Below, in pieces: positions 1 to 12,427 of a DNA stretch of 64,000 nucleotides. The stretch is taken from NCBI GenBank assembly GCA_010015805.1, contig ML978128.1:1302001-1366000 (forward strand). Reading direction: 5' to 3'. The DNA is from Rhizodiscina lignyota. Its lineage: Eukaryota. The notes below the pieces were generated by a model. It was not told the origin of the DNA. It saw only the letters and a program-made list of their open reading frames with translations, and ran no database searches. Positions within the stretch are counted from its first letter, which is position 1, and every line of letters begins with the position of its first letter. The translations under genes were made by a program, and so were the position numbers.

Positions 1-794
1 AGGTCAGCAATTTCGGACTGTCGGTAGTCGTTCAAGAATTCGTAGTTCTTCGCAACTTTGTCTTGTGTGGGCTTTGGTCCTGTTATAGGCATGAACCGTG
101 GATCCCGTGGGCGAGAGGAAGCTGGTCTATCCGAAGACACGACACTGCGCTTGCGTGAGACTGCCTTATTTGAAGGCATTGCCATGGGTGCATGCTTGGA
201 CCGTTTCGCGAACTGAGACGTTGGAGCGGCGTCTGGCTCTGAATCGGACTCAGAATCCTCGGAGCTTGTCTCTGAATCTTGCCCAAGACGTGATTGACCG
301 ACATTTTTAGAGAATCCTTCCTCTTTCTTGTCCAAGGTCTTGGGGACTCTTTGAGCTGGGACTTCATCATGGCCACGCTTTGTCCCACGCAGCTCCCTCA
401 ACCGCTCTCGCAGGGCCTCCAGCTTTGCTTCTGTGTCCCCTGAAGTGAGATCGCCTCGTTTGCGCTTCCTACTCGCCTCCTCGTCCCTCTCGATTTTGGT
501 TTGTGCCTTTGCCAATGCGCCAAAAGGCACTTTCCTCAATTGTGCTTGGATGTCGTCGCCTTTACTGCCATCCACCCCCGAGTTGTCCGACTCATCAGAG
601 GAATTGTCTTCTCCTCCTGTATCCTCTTGGCCTTCTGCTTCCTCCAACTCTTCATCTGACTCCTCAATGGCATCGGCATCACCAGTGTCGAGGATGGAGG
701 GCGATGAGCCTTCTAGCTCATCAGAGTACGGGTCTGAGGCCGAGTCATCATCTCGTGCGCGCAGATAGCGTGAAAGTGTTTTTAGAAGCGGCAT
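1..794 (-). CDS. RRP36: rRNA biogenesis protein Rrp36 (5' part; runs off the left edge)
   Basis: Manual translation from ATG at 794: acidic N-terminus, then QLRKVPFGALAKAQ and KHAPMAMPSNKAVSRKR...RPRDPRF, typical of Rrp36/DUF947. Absent from the ORF track because there is no stop in the window. Confidence 0.85.
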   Translation of the reverse strand, partial: MPLLKTLSRYLRARDDDSASDPYSDELEGSSPSILDTGDADAIEESDEELEEAEGQEDTGGEDNSSDESDNSGVDGSKGDDIQAQLRKVPFGALAKAQTKIERDEEASRKRKRGDLTSGDTEAKLEALRERLRELRGTKRGHDEVPAQRVPKTLDKKEEGFSKNVGQSRLGQDSETSSEDSESDSEPDAAPTSQFAKRSKHAPMAMPSNKAVSRKRSVVSSDRPASSRPRDPRFMPITGPKPTQDKVAKNYEFLNDYRQSEIAD

Positions 795-1149
795 ATTCGG
801 TAAGAATTATCTCTGGCTCGTTGTGTTCACTGTTGTGGAATGGTAGGTTAAATATTCATTGCCAAGATTTCGAAGTTCCCCACTCGCCAGGTTCTACAGC
901 GGAGATTTCCGCTCCGCCCCAGGAAAGGGTGATGCGACGCTAGGTCGGATAGCACACGGAAGGCGAGTTTATTCTCTTGTTCAAGTATGATACAAGTCTA
1001 TTCTCCTATTGACGTGTTTTTCGCCTACCTAGCACTCATCTAAACGACGCTTTTGCCCTCCAGTATGCATTGGAAATGCCGAAAAGTGGTATCAAGTTAC
1101 ATCCCCGGCTTGTCCTCAAACCCCTAAAGAACAAGAAAAGACCGCCGAA

Positions 1150-4100
1150 TCAACCCTGTAGAACCAGTTGCAGCGCGGATTTCGCCTCATCACTCAGCCT
1201 CTCTTGGACGTAGTTCGTGATCTTGCCGCTGTGACGGCTATCCGCCTCCCGAAGATACTGGCCCACCCAAACCTTCACATCCGGGATCTGAGGGAAAGGA
1301 TCTTTCACGACCGGCTTGATGGACTGCAGCTGCGTGAAAGTTACGCCGAAGCCCACGTCATCCGTGTCGTCGTTAACCAGGATGTCGTCGTGTTGCGCGG
1401 TTGTGAGCTGGGGCGGGTTGATGAGGAGCTTGAGCAGGGCCTGACAAGTGAGCGCCCATCCCTTCTTGTAGCGCTCGATGAAGGCTTCGCTATCCGCGAG
1501 AATCTTGGTGAATGACACGACGGCGATTTTGCGATCCGAAGGTCGGGTTAGCTTCTGTGTGTCCGGAAGGATGATGCTCGTGTAGATCGGGCGAAAGACG
1601 CTACGTAATTATGTCAGCTTGACGCTTCATTCACCTTCAGGGAACTTACTCGTTCTGAATCTGATCCGTAGTTTTGATGAAGAAGTCGCAACCTAGGCCC
1701 TGTTCATCCCTCGCAGACACGAAATGGAAAAAGCGCGCGAAGCGTAGACTGAAGTTCTCAGTCTTCATCTTTGGATCAGACAGCCTCGTCAACATGATTT
1801 GCAGGATCGAAACGAAGTACGGCTGCAGTGCTGAAACTGGGACAGCTTGAATCAGAGCCTCGAGTAGATCGAATCCTTGATTCTCGCTGATTTTGCTTGA
1901 CGCAAGCTTTTGGAACACACCCAAGATCGGCTCGATTTGACCGTTCTTGACGACAACTTCGGCTCCTCGAGGCATGATTGAGGAGAGGAGACGGACCAAT
2001 GCTGGCCGATTGCCTTTTGACTCCCACAATACTGGATGGAGAATGGGCTGGATGAGTCTCTCGTAGAACTCAGGCAATGAGCCAGATGGGTTTGCCTCAA
2101 GGAGGGCGGCGAATAGCTGGAATACGTATGGAGTGAACTCGGCAACGTCGGCCTCTAGAATATTAGAGAATGGCTCATAGAGAGACTTCTCCAACAACTC
2201 GGCTCGAGAAGGTCCGGCATATCGTATCAAAGCGCCGATTGCCTCGAAATGGAAGTAATAGAATTTGGGGTTGCTGGGGTTGTGGCGGATGACCATGGTA
2301 ATGCTGATGAAACTCTTCAATACCATGTCCGTAATGGGAAGTACACCGTCTTTGATGACAAGGAGGACTCTCATGACACACTTCATGAGATACTCATTCT
2401 CCTGAATCTTTTCGGGTGCTTTGTCCCTCGTCATGAGCGAGAATAAGTGTTGCAGGAGGTCCTTAGAGAGCCCCGTTACAGTTTCTGTTGGTATCACAGG
2501 TGTTCGGTCATCGCCATGCATGGTAAGCACTCGCTCGACGGCAATGGAGGCGTATGTGTAGATGACATAGTTGGAGGATCCCAGGTGCTTTACCAGGAGT
2601 GGGAATGCTGCGGACCAGAGCTGTGGAGTAAGTTGGCTCCGAAACACGTATGTGAACTTGATCGCATCAACAATCAAAATGGGGTTGAGTGAGTCGTTGG
2701 TGAGGTCGCTGGCAATATTTTGCTGGAAGAAGTCGAGGATATTTACATGCCTGTAGGAGAATGCGTCAGCGCCATGCCTAGAATAGCTCATCTTCTTCGG
2801 AAGAACTTACGTGTTAACGTCTCTCACCCCATGCGCAGTAGTTGTCGAACCTTTCGCTGCGATAGACGAGAAGAGATAAACCGCTGTGTCTTTGGATTTC
2901 CAGTTCTGAGCCGGGTTCGATGCGTAGTCTTGGAGATAGTGATCGATATACTTGGTGACCACGGAGCTCACAAGTTGTTCGAACTGCTCCATGAGCTGAC
3001 GCAAGAAATCCGTAGCTGCACGCCGCCTAGTATCACTATCTGAGCCTTCCAGGTCTCTCCTGATGAACTCGATAGGCTCGTCTTCGAAGAGTTCCACGTC
3101 AGACTCACGCAATGACAGGTTCGGTAGGATGACTTTCTCGACTACCTGCCCGAGAGTTTGGTCATTGTTGAACGCTTCCGCATGTTGCCTGATGTGTGTA
3201 ACAGACGTGAGGAACTGAAGCGCTTTGCTGACAAGGATGTCATATTTCGTTTCTGGCCCAACCTTTGTCAAGAACTCCCAAGAGCTGTTGACAAACTGGC
3301 CCAGATGCGCTCCAAAGGCGTCTTCATACTTCTGCACGTAAAGCACGAGAACTTCAAAGATTCCTGCCTTCACATACTCAAGGATACCAGACTCTGCCTC
3401 ATCGTCCGTGTGAAGTAACGGATTATCGTACACGAGATACTTGTGGAGAAGGGTCGTGATGGCCGCGAGGTTGTCTTCAAACGCTGGGGGGAGATCTTGA
3501 CAGGAGAGGTCGTAGAAGAGCTTCATCATCAGGTTCATGGTCTGGAAATATTGTGACAATGCCTCCTTGTTGTTTTGCGACTGGCCAATCATGGCGTCTG
3601 TTCGTTCGAGGAGGGTGAGGAATGGGGTGCTGAATTTTGATAGCACATGATTGATCTCGGTGAAGAGTTCGTCGGAGCGGAAAAGAGGGCGCCATCGCTT
3701 GAAAATTGAATGCGCGACTTGGAGCACGCCGTTGTTGACGACTGCATTATCAGGCGTGAGGCGTGACACAAGATCGTCGACAAGCGAATCCCATCGATCC
3801 CAAAAGTCACTGTCTGCAATCTCGCTGATCGCCTCTCCTAGCTGAGACTGTATCGAGGGTGGCACGGAGATCATAAGCCCGATGAGCTCCTTCTTTATTG
3901 CCGTCACCTCATCTTCCGGAAGCTTGTGGACACCATTCTCATCCTGTGGGCGGTCAGCCGCTACTCAGTTCACACACAGAATCATACTGACTGTCCAGTT
4001 CCTCCTGATGAAGTTCTTGAAGAACAGCGCGCTTGCGAGTCGGGTGTTGGGAGGGAAGCTGTCGGAGGCAACGATGTGCAGGAGGGCGACTGAAAACTGG

Positions 4101-4335
4101 GGCTGCTTTTCGGACTCTTGTAGAGCCTTCTCCGCTGTGAAGTACGTAAAGTCAGCACTGCAACTTTAGAGCACGTAAGTGCCCACAGGTTTTGAGTTAT
4201 CAAGGTCGCTGTGAGCCGAACACAGTGTGCTGCTCACACTAGACCACCGAATGTAAACACACCTTGCTTGTTCTGTGCGGGATCGAGACTGGCCTGGAGA
4301 AGCTGGGCAATAGCTTGCAGATCTGCTGCAGCCAT
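1150..4335 (-). CDS. CSE1: Exportin-2 / importin-alpha re-exporter Cse1 (multi-exon)
   Basis: ATG 4335 (MAAADLQAIAQLLQASLDP). Exons include ORFs 2807-3907, 1646-2791 and 1150-1518, with motifs LFEDEPIEFIRRDLEGSDSDTRRRAA, ENEYLMKCVMR and NPSNPKFYYFHFE. GT-AG introns lie between the exons. Confidence 0.95.
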
Positions 4336-4850
4336 GTTTGCGCAGGCTCGGAGGGCAGAGAGGGTGGATGGAGGAAGGGAAGTTGGGTGCTTGCAGTGGG
4401 TAGGATTTGTAGCGGGAGCTCAGCAACACAAAAACATCGCAGTGTTCGCGGGAGTGACGCTAGGTGCGCGGCACGAGCCACTTCTTGGCGGAAACGCCCA
4501 GCAGGGTCAGGGCCACGCGCGCCTGCTGGAAACGAGCCGGGGCGCTTTACCCCAGAAAAACTGAGGGTGATCTGCCTCCATCCCATCCACCCTACTGACC
4601 TCTGCACCGAAAACCCTCCACCACCTGACCACATGCCCTCGTGGCTGACGTCCGCCATCAGCAACGCTCTCTGCCACACCATGAGCTTGCTGCTGCTCTC
4701 CACGCCGTCTTTCTAGCACACGCCGCCTCTCCCCCCTTCCTTTTGGCGCCCGCACCCGCTGGATGGTTTAAACGTCGCCCACCTCCGAACTCCGCACCTG
4801 CTGTCGCCAGAACCTCCACACTCTTTCCACCTCCCTTTCTTCCATCACAC

Positions 4851-5028
4851 ATGTCTGCTACCTTCCATTTGCGGGTACGTCAAACCATGTCGCTTCCTTC
4901 TTGACCATGAAGTTCCAAAAGCGCTTAGTCTCGGTTTTGAGCGGCCTTAATTTCACTCGTGAAAAGCCTCAGAAAGCTAACTTGTCTCGTCGCGTTAGGA
5001 GCCCTCTACAACCCGTCCGTCTCCATAG
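4851..5028 (+). promoter_or_regulatory. Putative spliced uORF (17 aa) in the TSC2 leader; intron 4875-4998
   Basis: ATG 4851, donor GTACGT at 4875, branch GCTAAC near 4977, acceptor TAG ending 4998. The spliced frame MSATFHLREPSTTRPSP* ends 11 nt before ATG 5040. Confidence 0.5.
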
Positions 5029-5039
5029 CTGCGGGCCAC

Positions 5040-8000
5040 ATGTCTCCATCTTCTGGCAATGGCACGCCGAAGACGCCTGAACGCAAAACCTCCGGATCGA
5101 TCCTGACCGCATGGCGGAACCTCACAGGCTCGAGGTCCAAGATCTCCGAGCTGTCGTCCTCTCCTGCAACCACCATGACCCCTACGCAAGCGATGTTCTT
5201 GTCTCAAGATCTATCGAGCAACGTCGGCCTGCCGCAGAACTTCACCCGTCTGGACAGTTTCGCTGCCATCGAAGCGGGAGCGTATACAAAGCTTGAGAGT
5301 CAAGATACTGACCTGGATCATGTAACTGGAGGCCCGAAAGAGCTTGGTGATCTGTTATGGAAGCTTCGCCCGGAACGTGCGATATCAGAACGTGTTACAG
5401 CGGCACGGAAGATTGGCGACATCATCAGCCAGTATCCAGTCTCGAATATTCTCGCGGTTTGGCATGCTGCAAAGGATCTCTTGGACGAGACGGAAAATGA
5501 TGCTTCGTGCGCTGGATTCTCGCTTCTCCTTCGCTGTGTACGCCCAGACAATCTTTCGCCTGTGGAACGCAAGGTCTTCTTTGAGTCCATAAACGATATC
5601 CGCAGTACCAATCACTTGTATAGTCGCTTTGAGGTACTTGTCGCCCTCACTAAAAATGGTCGCAACGTTGAAGCACTGGAATCAGAGCTCCCTCCTTTCC
5701 TCACCTTCTTGCTGCAAGCAAGCTTTGATGCTGTCTTGAGAGCCAGGCGAAAAGAAAAGAAACTGAAGACCGATGCTAGCGCTCAGGAAGAGAAGCTCTT
5801 TGCTGATGTTCTTCGCTATCTCGCAGACGTTGCGAAGTACAACTCTAAAATCGTCAGCGACAATGAGTTTGAGTCGCTCTTTGCGAAGATCATCCACGTC
5901 TGCAAGAAAACGAACAGTCCGTCTGATGTTAGCGGTTCCCTCGAGCTCATCAATGCTCTTATTACATACACGCACGTCCCTGTCACCGGCATCCCGCCCT
6001 GCGTTCAACTCTTGTCCGACATCTATCGACAGATTGAATCGCTGAGGAAGCCAGTGTGGGCGACATTGAAGGACCTTTTTGGGTCCCACCTCGCTCAGGC
6101 AACTGTCGCTGCTCTACTGGATACTATGCGGGGACCTGAACATGGACGAACAACATATCCATCTGCTAGGGGTGCGTTCCAGATCCTGGCCAAAGTAATA
6201 CGCAGAGGCCATAAGAAGGGAATTCCTTCTGTGTCCCTTAACCTCTTTGTGCAAGCGTGCAAAAGTTCTCTGGTCGTGAACTTCCCTGACTACTTTGAAG
6301 AGATCATACTCTTCTATTCGGATGCATTATTGGCAGAGGATATGTCCCAGCAACTTCTGGATGATGTCGATTGGACCGAGCTCCTCGATCTTATCTTGCG
6401 ATGTGGGAGTGTCTCGAAGATCTTTGCGGACACAGCAGAGGCTCCAAGTACAGAGCAGCCTTATCTTCTCACCCTCAATCGGAGTAACAGCCACCAGGAA
6501 TGGGAGAGAGATGGTCTTGCGGATGCTCTCATCATCTTCACTCAGAGACTCACTTTGCTCTTCGATCGAATGGACTTCGTGCCCAGAGCTTCCGCCATTG
6601 ACTTCTTCCTTCACCTCGAACCATTGATTAGCACTTCCACAGTCCAAACGATTGTAAACTATTACGAAAACGAGCGACTCCTGTGGCTCTCCAATCCAGA
6701 TTGGCTTGAAGCATGCCGCTTCTTCGTCGAAAGACTGTTCAAGGACCCAACTAGGCCATCTGAAATGCGAGTGCGCATGGTTAGGATGCTGCGACAAGTC
6801 TATGATACCGCAATGTGCGTCGTAGGAGACGTTAAAGTAGGAAAGCTGTCTCTGCTCATCCTAGAGTGCATACCAGACGAAGATGACCCTATGGTCCTCG
6901 ATGAGTTGGGCGGTTTCGCAGTGGAAATCGTTCAATCGGGGTCAAAAGATCTCTTCGGATCAAAGGACCTCTTTCCACGGGTACTGGAGTTCATCAGATC
7001 TGCCATTCTCAAGCATGAGAATACCACTCTTCCCGTCATACCCACAGTTGTAGATCGTCTCTCTACTTCGTCGGCATCATCGCCAGTGTTAGGCTCCCCT
7101 AGCAATGTCCTCACCAGAGCAGTAGTACGCATGTTTCTACAGAACGTGGGTCTGCGCGCGTGGGAGACAGAGCAGTTCTATGATATTCTTCTTGAAGTCG
7201 CTGGAAGACAAAGCTCCCCATCCGACGCACGAATCAGCGCGCTCAAACTTCTGTTTAGACTTCGGAGTGACGCGAACTTTGCGGTATTTGTAAACAGCGT
7301 TTCAGAAAGTGAAGACATTGCAGGCTTGTTATCACGCACGACAGAAACTGCTACGTCGAAACTCGCCACTACAGACACGCCTCAATCGAGTCACACTCGC
7401 TCCGACCGCGACTCCCCTCTGCCGGAGCAGAGGACTGTTTCAGGCGGCAGCTCGCAACCGTCCCTTGTTCGGCATAAAAGCACCAGAGTACTTGCGCCGG
7501 TATCACCATTGTGGATGTATCCTGGTCCACGAGGACTTCCGGAAGAGCCTTGCAGCCAGCCCAGCAGTGTTCTTTTCTCCACCTTTATCTTGAATGAAGA
7601 TACTGATCTCGATGACAATGTTGTGCTCGACGTTGGGAGGTGGCTTGAGCTCGTAATATCGATTCTGAAGCAAGACGTCGACTGGGAAGTCTACAGCTAC
7701 ACCCTCGTCCACCTTGGGGCTCAATTGGCGAACGGGACTATCTTCGCGGCAACGAAGCCTCAAATTCAAGCATTGAGAAGCCTCTTGTGCGAGCAAGTCA
7801 AGAATTCATCCTTCCAGGAACCCCCGTCTTACACATCACTGCGAAAGTCGGATGTTGCCGTTTGCATATACTACATCCTCACAATACTTATCAGCTATCA
7901 TGATAATTTCTCGAAAGCTGAAGAGGATGAACTTGTACGAGCGTTCCTACATGGGATTGGAACTTGGGAGTCCACTTCCAACTGGTGCATTCACGCTCTC

Positions 8001-10064
8001 ACTGTCTCTTGCCACGAACTCGCGCCTTCGGTTGGGAAATCTTTGGACAGCATCTTGCACAAGATGTCTCAGATCATCACGCAGAGCCGAGTCCAGATGC
8101 ACGTCTTGGAGTTCTTGGCGGCGCTGTCACGCTTGCCCGAGCTGTACAAAAACTTCAGAGAGGACGATTACAAGCTAGTCTTCGGGATTTGTTTCAGGTT
8201 CTTGCAGTCATCTAGAGATGATAGGGACAAGAAGAAGACGACAAGCCCACCTCCAAACAGGACCGCATCGGGCACATTAAGGCATAGTGCAGGATCGCGC
8301 GATTTAAATGCCCTCTCAGAGAGCACTGCGAGAGGCTGGCAAACATTTACCACAAGCAGTGATCTCCCTCAATACGTGTACGCCCTTGCGCACCACGTCA
8401 TCTCGTTCTGGTTCTTCTGCCTCAAGCTGGATGATCGTCCCAAGTATGTCCCTTGGATTACGAGGAATCTTACATATACCGAGAGCACTGGCTCCAGCGA
8501 AAAGGAAATGATCGAAGAGCAAGGCTTGGTGACAATCGACATGATGCAGCGGACTGCGTACACAGATCGTGATGAGACGACGCGTGACGGCAATTTTGCA
8601 AAGCCAAGTGATGGCCAGGTGTTAAAGAAGTCGTGGATTGTTGGAACGAGTATATTGACGATTGAGACTGCGGGGCGTACTGGTATCTCTCAAGTCACCT
8701 TTCGCCGACCGGTAAGTGTGAAACCATCATCTTGTGCATACAATACTAACTTACCCAAGTCTTCAACTAGATACTCGGTCCTTCGACCTCAGCTTTCGCT
8801 ACCGCCTCGTCATCAAATACCTTTGACCACTGGCCTCAACGCGGAATACTTCTACACGCCGTCGTACATTGGCGTCCTTCCTGACGACATCTTCCAGGAA
8901 TTTTACTCACCTTACTCAATCTCTCGGCTTCCAAATACGCCCTCAGAACCCCCAATACTTCTTCCAGATGATGAGGCCACCAAACGCGCAATCAGTACTT
9001 TTGATCGCAACACCACAGTCGATAGCCACAAAGTTGGAGTGATCTATATCGCTGATGGTCAACAAGCCGAACCGGAGATTTTCGCTAATGTCACGGGCAC
9101 AGCGGACTATACATCATTCATCACCTCCCTAGGCAAACTGACGCGCCTTAAGGGTGCGACTTTCAATACCCAAGGTCTTGATCGCGAGTTCGATACGGAT
9201 GGCGAATTCACAATTGCCTGGAGAGATCGTGTGACAGAACTAGTGTTTCATGTCACGACAATGATGCCGTCGGATCTAGAACAAGACCCTGCTGGTACAG
9301 CAAAGAAGAGGCACACTGGAAACGACTATGTCAACATCATCTGGAACAATTCCGGTTCACCTTTCAAGTTCGATACTTTCCCATCGGCCTTCAACTTTGT
9401 CTACATTGTTGTCACGCCTACTTCTCACTCGTCTTTTATCGAAACACGTACGAAGCTCCCGGAAGATGACGCTGCAAGTGTAGATGTGAAATCAATCACC
9501 AGCTCCACCGCACCGACTACATCGGATGAAGGCGCGGCAAGTCTTGCTGGTCAACGCACCGGCACAAAGTCACTGCAGAATCGCTTCTATCAGGTGCAGG
9601 TGCTTTCCGCACCCGGATTCCCGAACATCTCTCCCGCATCCAGTCCGAAGATCATCAGTGGCAAAGCTCTTCCGGATTTCATCCGTTGCGTGGCACTCAA
9701 TGCGTCTGTCTTTTGTCTCGTTTGGGCGAATCGTGAAGGTGGCGAGCATATTTCATCATGGCGTAATCGGTTGCGCGAGATCAGGAGACTCAAGGAAAAG
9801 CATGCGAACCGACAGCAAACGCAATCGCAGTTAGAGTCGGGATCACGTCCACCATCTACTCCACTTTCTACTGGCGGCGAACGAAACAGTGTCATCGGAG
9901 CTGTTAGCGGATTGATTGGCATTGGCGGAGACAGGCGCCCAACACCTTCCATGCGCGACAGCGGAACAGCGTTCAAGCGCTCAAGTAACATAACCTTCAT
10001 GAGCGAGGACAACGCGAGCAGAAGCAGCTTGACGAGCCACGACGAGCGGCAAGGGAGCCAATAA
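5040..10064 (+). CDS. TSC2: Tuberin (TSC2), Rheb GAP
   Basis: About 1660-aa protein with tuberin motifs (DWEVYSYTLVHL, HVLEFLAALSRLP) and a C-terminal Rap/Ran-GAP domain (HKVGVIY, VFHVTTMMP, KKRHTGNDYVNIIWN). 48-nt in-frame intron at 8712-8759. Confidence 0.93.
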   Translation: MSPSSGNGTPKTPERKTSGSILTAWRNLTGSRSKISELSSSPATTMTPTQAMFLSQDLSSNVGLPQNFTRLDSFAAIEAGAYTKLESQDTDLDHVTGGPKELGDLLWKLRPERAISERVTAARKIGDIISQYPVSNILAVWHAAKDLLDETENDASCAGFSLLLRCVRPDNLSPVERKVFFESINDIRSTNHLYSRFEVLVALTKNGRNVEALESELPPFLTFLLQASFDAVLRARRKEKKLKTDASAQEEKLFADVLRYLADVAKYNSKIVSDNEFESLFAKIIHVCKKTNSPSDVSGSLELINALITYTHVPVTGIPPCVQLLSDIYRQIESLRKPVWATLKDLFGSHLAQATVAALLDTMRGPEHGRTTYPSARGAFQILAKVIRRGHKKGIPSVSLNLFVQACKSSLVVNFPDYFEEIILFYSDALLAEDMSQQLLDDVDWTELLDLILRCGSVSKIFADTAEAPSTEQPYLLTLNRSNSHQEWERDGLADALIIFTQRLTLLFDRMDFVPRASAIDFFLHLEPLISTSTVQTIVNYYENERLLWLSNPDWLEACRFFVERLFKDPTRPSEMRVRMVRMLRQVYDTAMCVVGDVKVGKLSLLILECIPDEDDPMVLDELGGFAVEIVQSGSKDLFGSKDLFPRVLEFIRSAILKHENTTLPVIPTVVDRLSTSSASSPVLGSPSNVLTRAVVRMFLQNVGLRAWETEQFYDILLEVAGRQSSPSDARISALKLLFRLRSDANFAVFVNSVSESEDIAGLLSRTTETATSKLATTDTPQSSHTRSDRDSPLPEQRTVSGGSSQPSLVRHKSTRVLAPVSPLWMYPGPRGLPEEPCSQPSSVLFSTFILNEDTDLDDNVVLDVGRWLELVISILKQDVDWEVYSYTLVHLGAQLANGTIFAATKPQIQALRSLLCEQVKNSSFQEPPSYTSLRKSDVAVCIYYILTILISYHDNFSKAEEDELVRAFLHGIGTWESTSNWCIHALTVSCHELAPSVGKSLDSILHKMSQIITQSRVQMHVLEFLAALSRLPELYKNFREDDYKLVFGICFRFLQSSRDDRDKKKTTSPPPNRTASGTLRHSAGSRDLNALSESTARGWQTFTTSSDLPQYVYALAHHVISFWFFCLKLDDRPKYVPWITRNLTYTESTGSSEKEMIEEQGLVTIDMMQRTAYTDRDETTRDGNFAKPSDGQVLKKSWIVGTSILTIETAGRTGISQVTFRRPVSVKPSSCAYNTNLPKSSTRYSVLRPQLSLPPRHQIPLTTGLNAEYFYTPSYIGVLPDDIFQEFYSPYSISRLPNTPSEPPILLPDDEATKRAISTFDRNTTVDSHKVGVIYIADGQQAEPEIFANVTGTADYTSFITSLGKLTRLKGATFNTQGLDREFDTDGEFTIAWRDRVTELVFHVTTMMPSDLEQDPAGTAKKRHTGNDYVNIIWNNSGSPFKFDTFPSAFNFVYIVVTPTSHSSFIETRTKLPEDDAASVDVKSITSSTAPTTSDEGAASLAGQRTGTKSLQNRFYQVQVLSAPGFPNISPASSPKIISGKALPDFIRCVALNASVFCLVWANREGGEHISSWRNRLREIRRLKEKHANRQQTQSQLESGSRPPSTPLSTGGERNSVIGAVSGLIGIGGDRRPTPSMRDSGTAFKRSSNITFMSEDNASRSSLTSHDERQGSQ

Positions 10065-10694
10065 CTGCATTCGGAGTACGAGAAGATCGATGTGCAACAA
10101 CAAAAGTGCTTTCAACGGAGTTTCAGGAGTTTCAAGGGGGAAAAATTATAGAACGAAGGATGCTAGCGATGCACTCCTAGGAATGGCATGGCGTAGGATG
10201 GGAAGTCTTTGACCAATGTATACCCCCTTCTTTCTGGCACTTGGCGTTTCCTTGGTGCCAGCAATGGAAGGTGGGTTTGAGCGTGTATCTACCATTCAAG
10301 CGCCCGAACTTTTGCATTTTGGATGGTATCGCACTGAACCAGGGACTGACATAACAAAAAGTGACTTTCTTGTATACTTAGCTTGCTCTTTTCACTGGAT
10401 AACTTCTCCAAACGAAGGATTGAATGCTTCATCAATGTGGCCGTCAAACTTTCCACGTCTCCGGTGAGGTCAAGCTGAAGGCATTCGGGGCAAGGACGAA
10501 AAAAAATTTCTTTCTCGTCACCTCTATTGGCATCATTTTCTAAGATTCATAAGTTAAAAGCGTTACCTTACGGCACCTACTTCGGATAACCCGAGCATCT
10601 CTACCAAAGTTTCGAGAAACTCCCGCAGCGCCCTTCTCCCAAACGCCCGCCAATGCCAAAACCTCATGCCAGTAATATATACAGAGTCGTTTCG

Positions 10695-12427
10695 TCACAT
10701 TGCCGTAATCACCTGATTCTTCAGGGACCTGGTGTCCTGTGGGGTCCAAGTCTGCTCTTGCTTTGTGCCCGGCGGCAACCACACTCCCGCCGTATTTATC
10801 CTGGGTCTGCCGGGCCCGTTCGCATCCTGCTTCTTGTCTTCGCCAATGTGGCCATTGGCGCTCCCATTGGCGCTCCCACTGACACTCCCATTGCCACCGA
10901 CGAACTGTGCCGCGATACCGCCCCCAGGCGGCGTGAAGTTCTGCGGAGACTCGGCCACGTTCTCCGCCACTAAGGGGAGGATGGTGTCGCGGTCTTTCAA
11001 CTGTGCGGCGCGGGCCTTGCGGTCGGCCTTCGCGGCGTCGCTGACGCGGTCGTACAAGTAGAGACCGAGGAATGTGAGGGTGATGCCGACGGCTTGGATC
11101 GAGGTCATTCTGTTGCCGAACCAGATGATTGCGAAGACGATGACGAAGACGCGCTTGATGAGGCTCGCGACGGAGTATGTGACGGGTGATATCATGGAGA
11201 GGAGGATGAAGGCCACCATGCTTTGGCCGAAGTGGAAGGTGCCATTGAAAATGTACTCGAGTATTAGGCGTGCGTGGTCGACGCTGCCGGGTTTGTTCGT
11301 AAGGTCCAATGATCCGTCGTGGAGGAAGTCGTTCAGTAGCCCAAAACCTTCTGAGAACAGCCAAATAGGTGCAGTGAATAGGAACGCAAGACCAGAAGAG
11401 TAGCAAAGCAAATTGAGCTTGTCCGGCTTCTTCGTTCTGTGCAGTCCTTCTTGCTCTGCGAGTGCTGCTTCATTGAAGATCTTTTTGGACACGATGTTCT
11501 GCGTGACGAAAAGCAACGCACTTGCGAGGGCCGTCATTATTCCAATGAAGTTTCCTGAAAGATCCGCCGAGCAAGCCATTGCCACACCAAACGAGAGTGG
11601 TATCAGAGAGAGGTATGTCGGCCATGAGTATCGGATGTTGAAGACGAAGCGGTATGCGAGAACTGTGAAGAGGGGGGATAGTCCCTTGATTGTGTGTACG
11701 AGGGATACGGGTATTCGAGACGTTGCATCGGAGCTGAGGATGTGGCCTCCGATTTGGAAGAAGGTTAATGGGAGAGTTGTGAGAATGATGTCTTTCGTTG
11801 GAGGGCGTACGCCGTTCTTCAATGCTGGCATGGCGGTTCGTAACCAGGGGTATACTCTGGCCATCCATCCCAAGAACAGGCACCAGGAGCAGACAAAGGC
11901 GAATTGGATGAGGGTGAGCGTGACGGGTTTCGGGAATGCAGTTAGAATCGTTTTCGAGGAGGTGTTGGACATGATCGATGTCATGTACCAGAAAGCGCAG
12001 AGACCCTGAGGTTACTGGTGTTATAAGAAGTGACCCATATCGGAGCTTAATGATGCTGAGAACTCACTATTAGCTTAGGAGAGACCGGCGCTTTCAACGC
12101 CTCCGCAAGCTCCTGTGCATTGGCACTCATACTGCCATGCCGTCCACGTATTGTTCGAATAGCCTCACTCAAGCTCTTTTGTCGGCCGTGCCGTGTGCCC
12201 CCAGTATGTACGGTGGCCCCAGTATGTACGGTGCCATTGCCCCATACAGGTTCCCGCCGGGGAGTCCATCGCTCTCCCGTGCCCGAGCCAGGGTATCCGT
12301 CAGCGTATAAGCCGTTCGGCGAGGTGGAGGAGGTCCGGCCGGCGCGTTCATCGAAGGGCGGGAATTGCTCAGAGTGCAGCGGAGGGAACTTGTATGTTCC
12401 TGTCTGCGCGGGCGAGGCGTCCGCCAT
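10695..12427 (-). CDS. Triose-phosphate/nucleotide-sugar transporter family (DMT/TPT; Sly41-like)
   Basis: Exon 12068-12427 plus exon 10695-12005. Motifs PVTLTLIQF, VSLVHTIKGLSPLF and SPVTYSVASLIKRVFVI; several TM segments. Confidence 0.88.

Noticed and set aside
4136..4263. Hairpins (TGTGAGC...GCTCACA) in CSE1 intron 1 as a possible H/ACA snoRNA
   Set aside because: No properly placed ANANNA H box or terminal ACA could be identified.
12196..12233. 18-bp tandem duplication (TVHTGA/TVHTGG); similar short coding repeats at about 6943-6975 and 46675-46720
   Set aside because: Ordinary slippage repeats in disordered protein regions.
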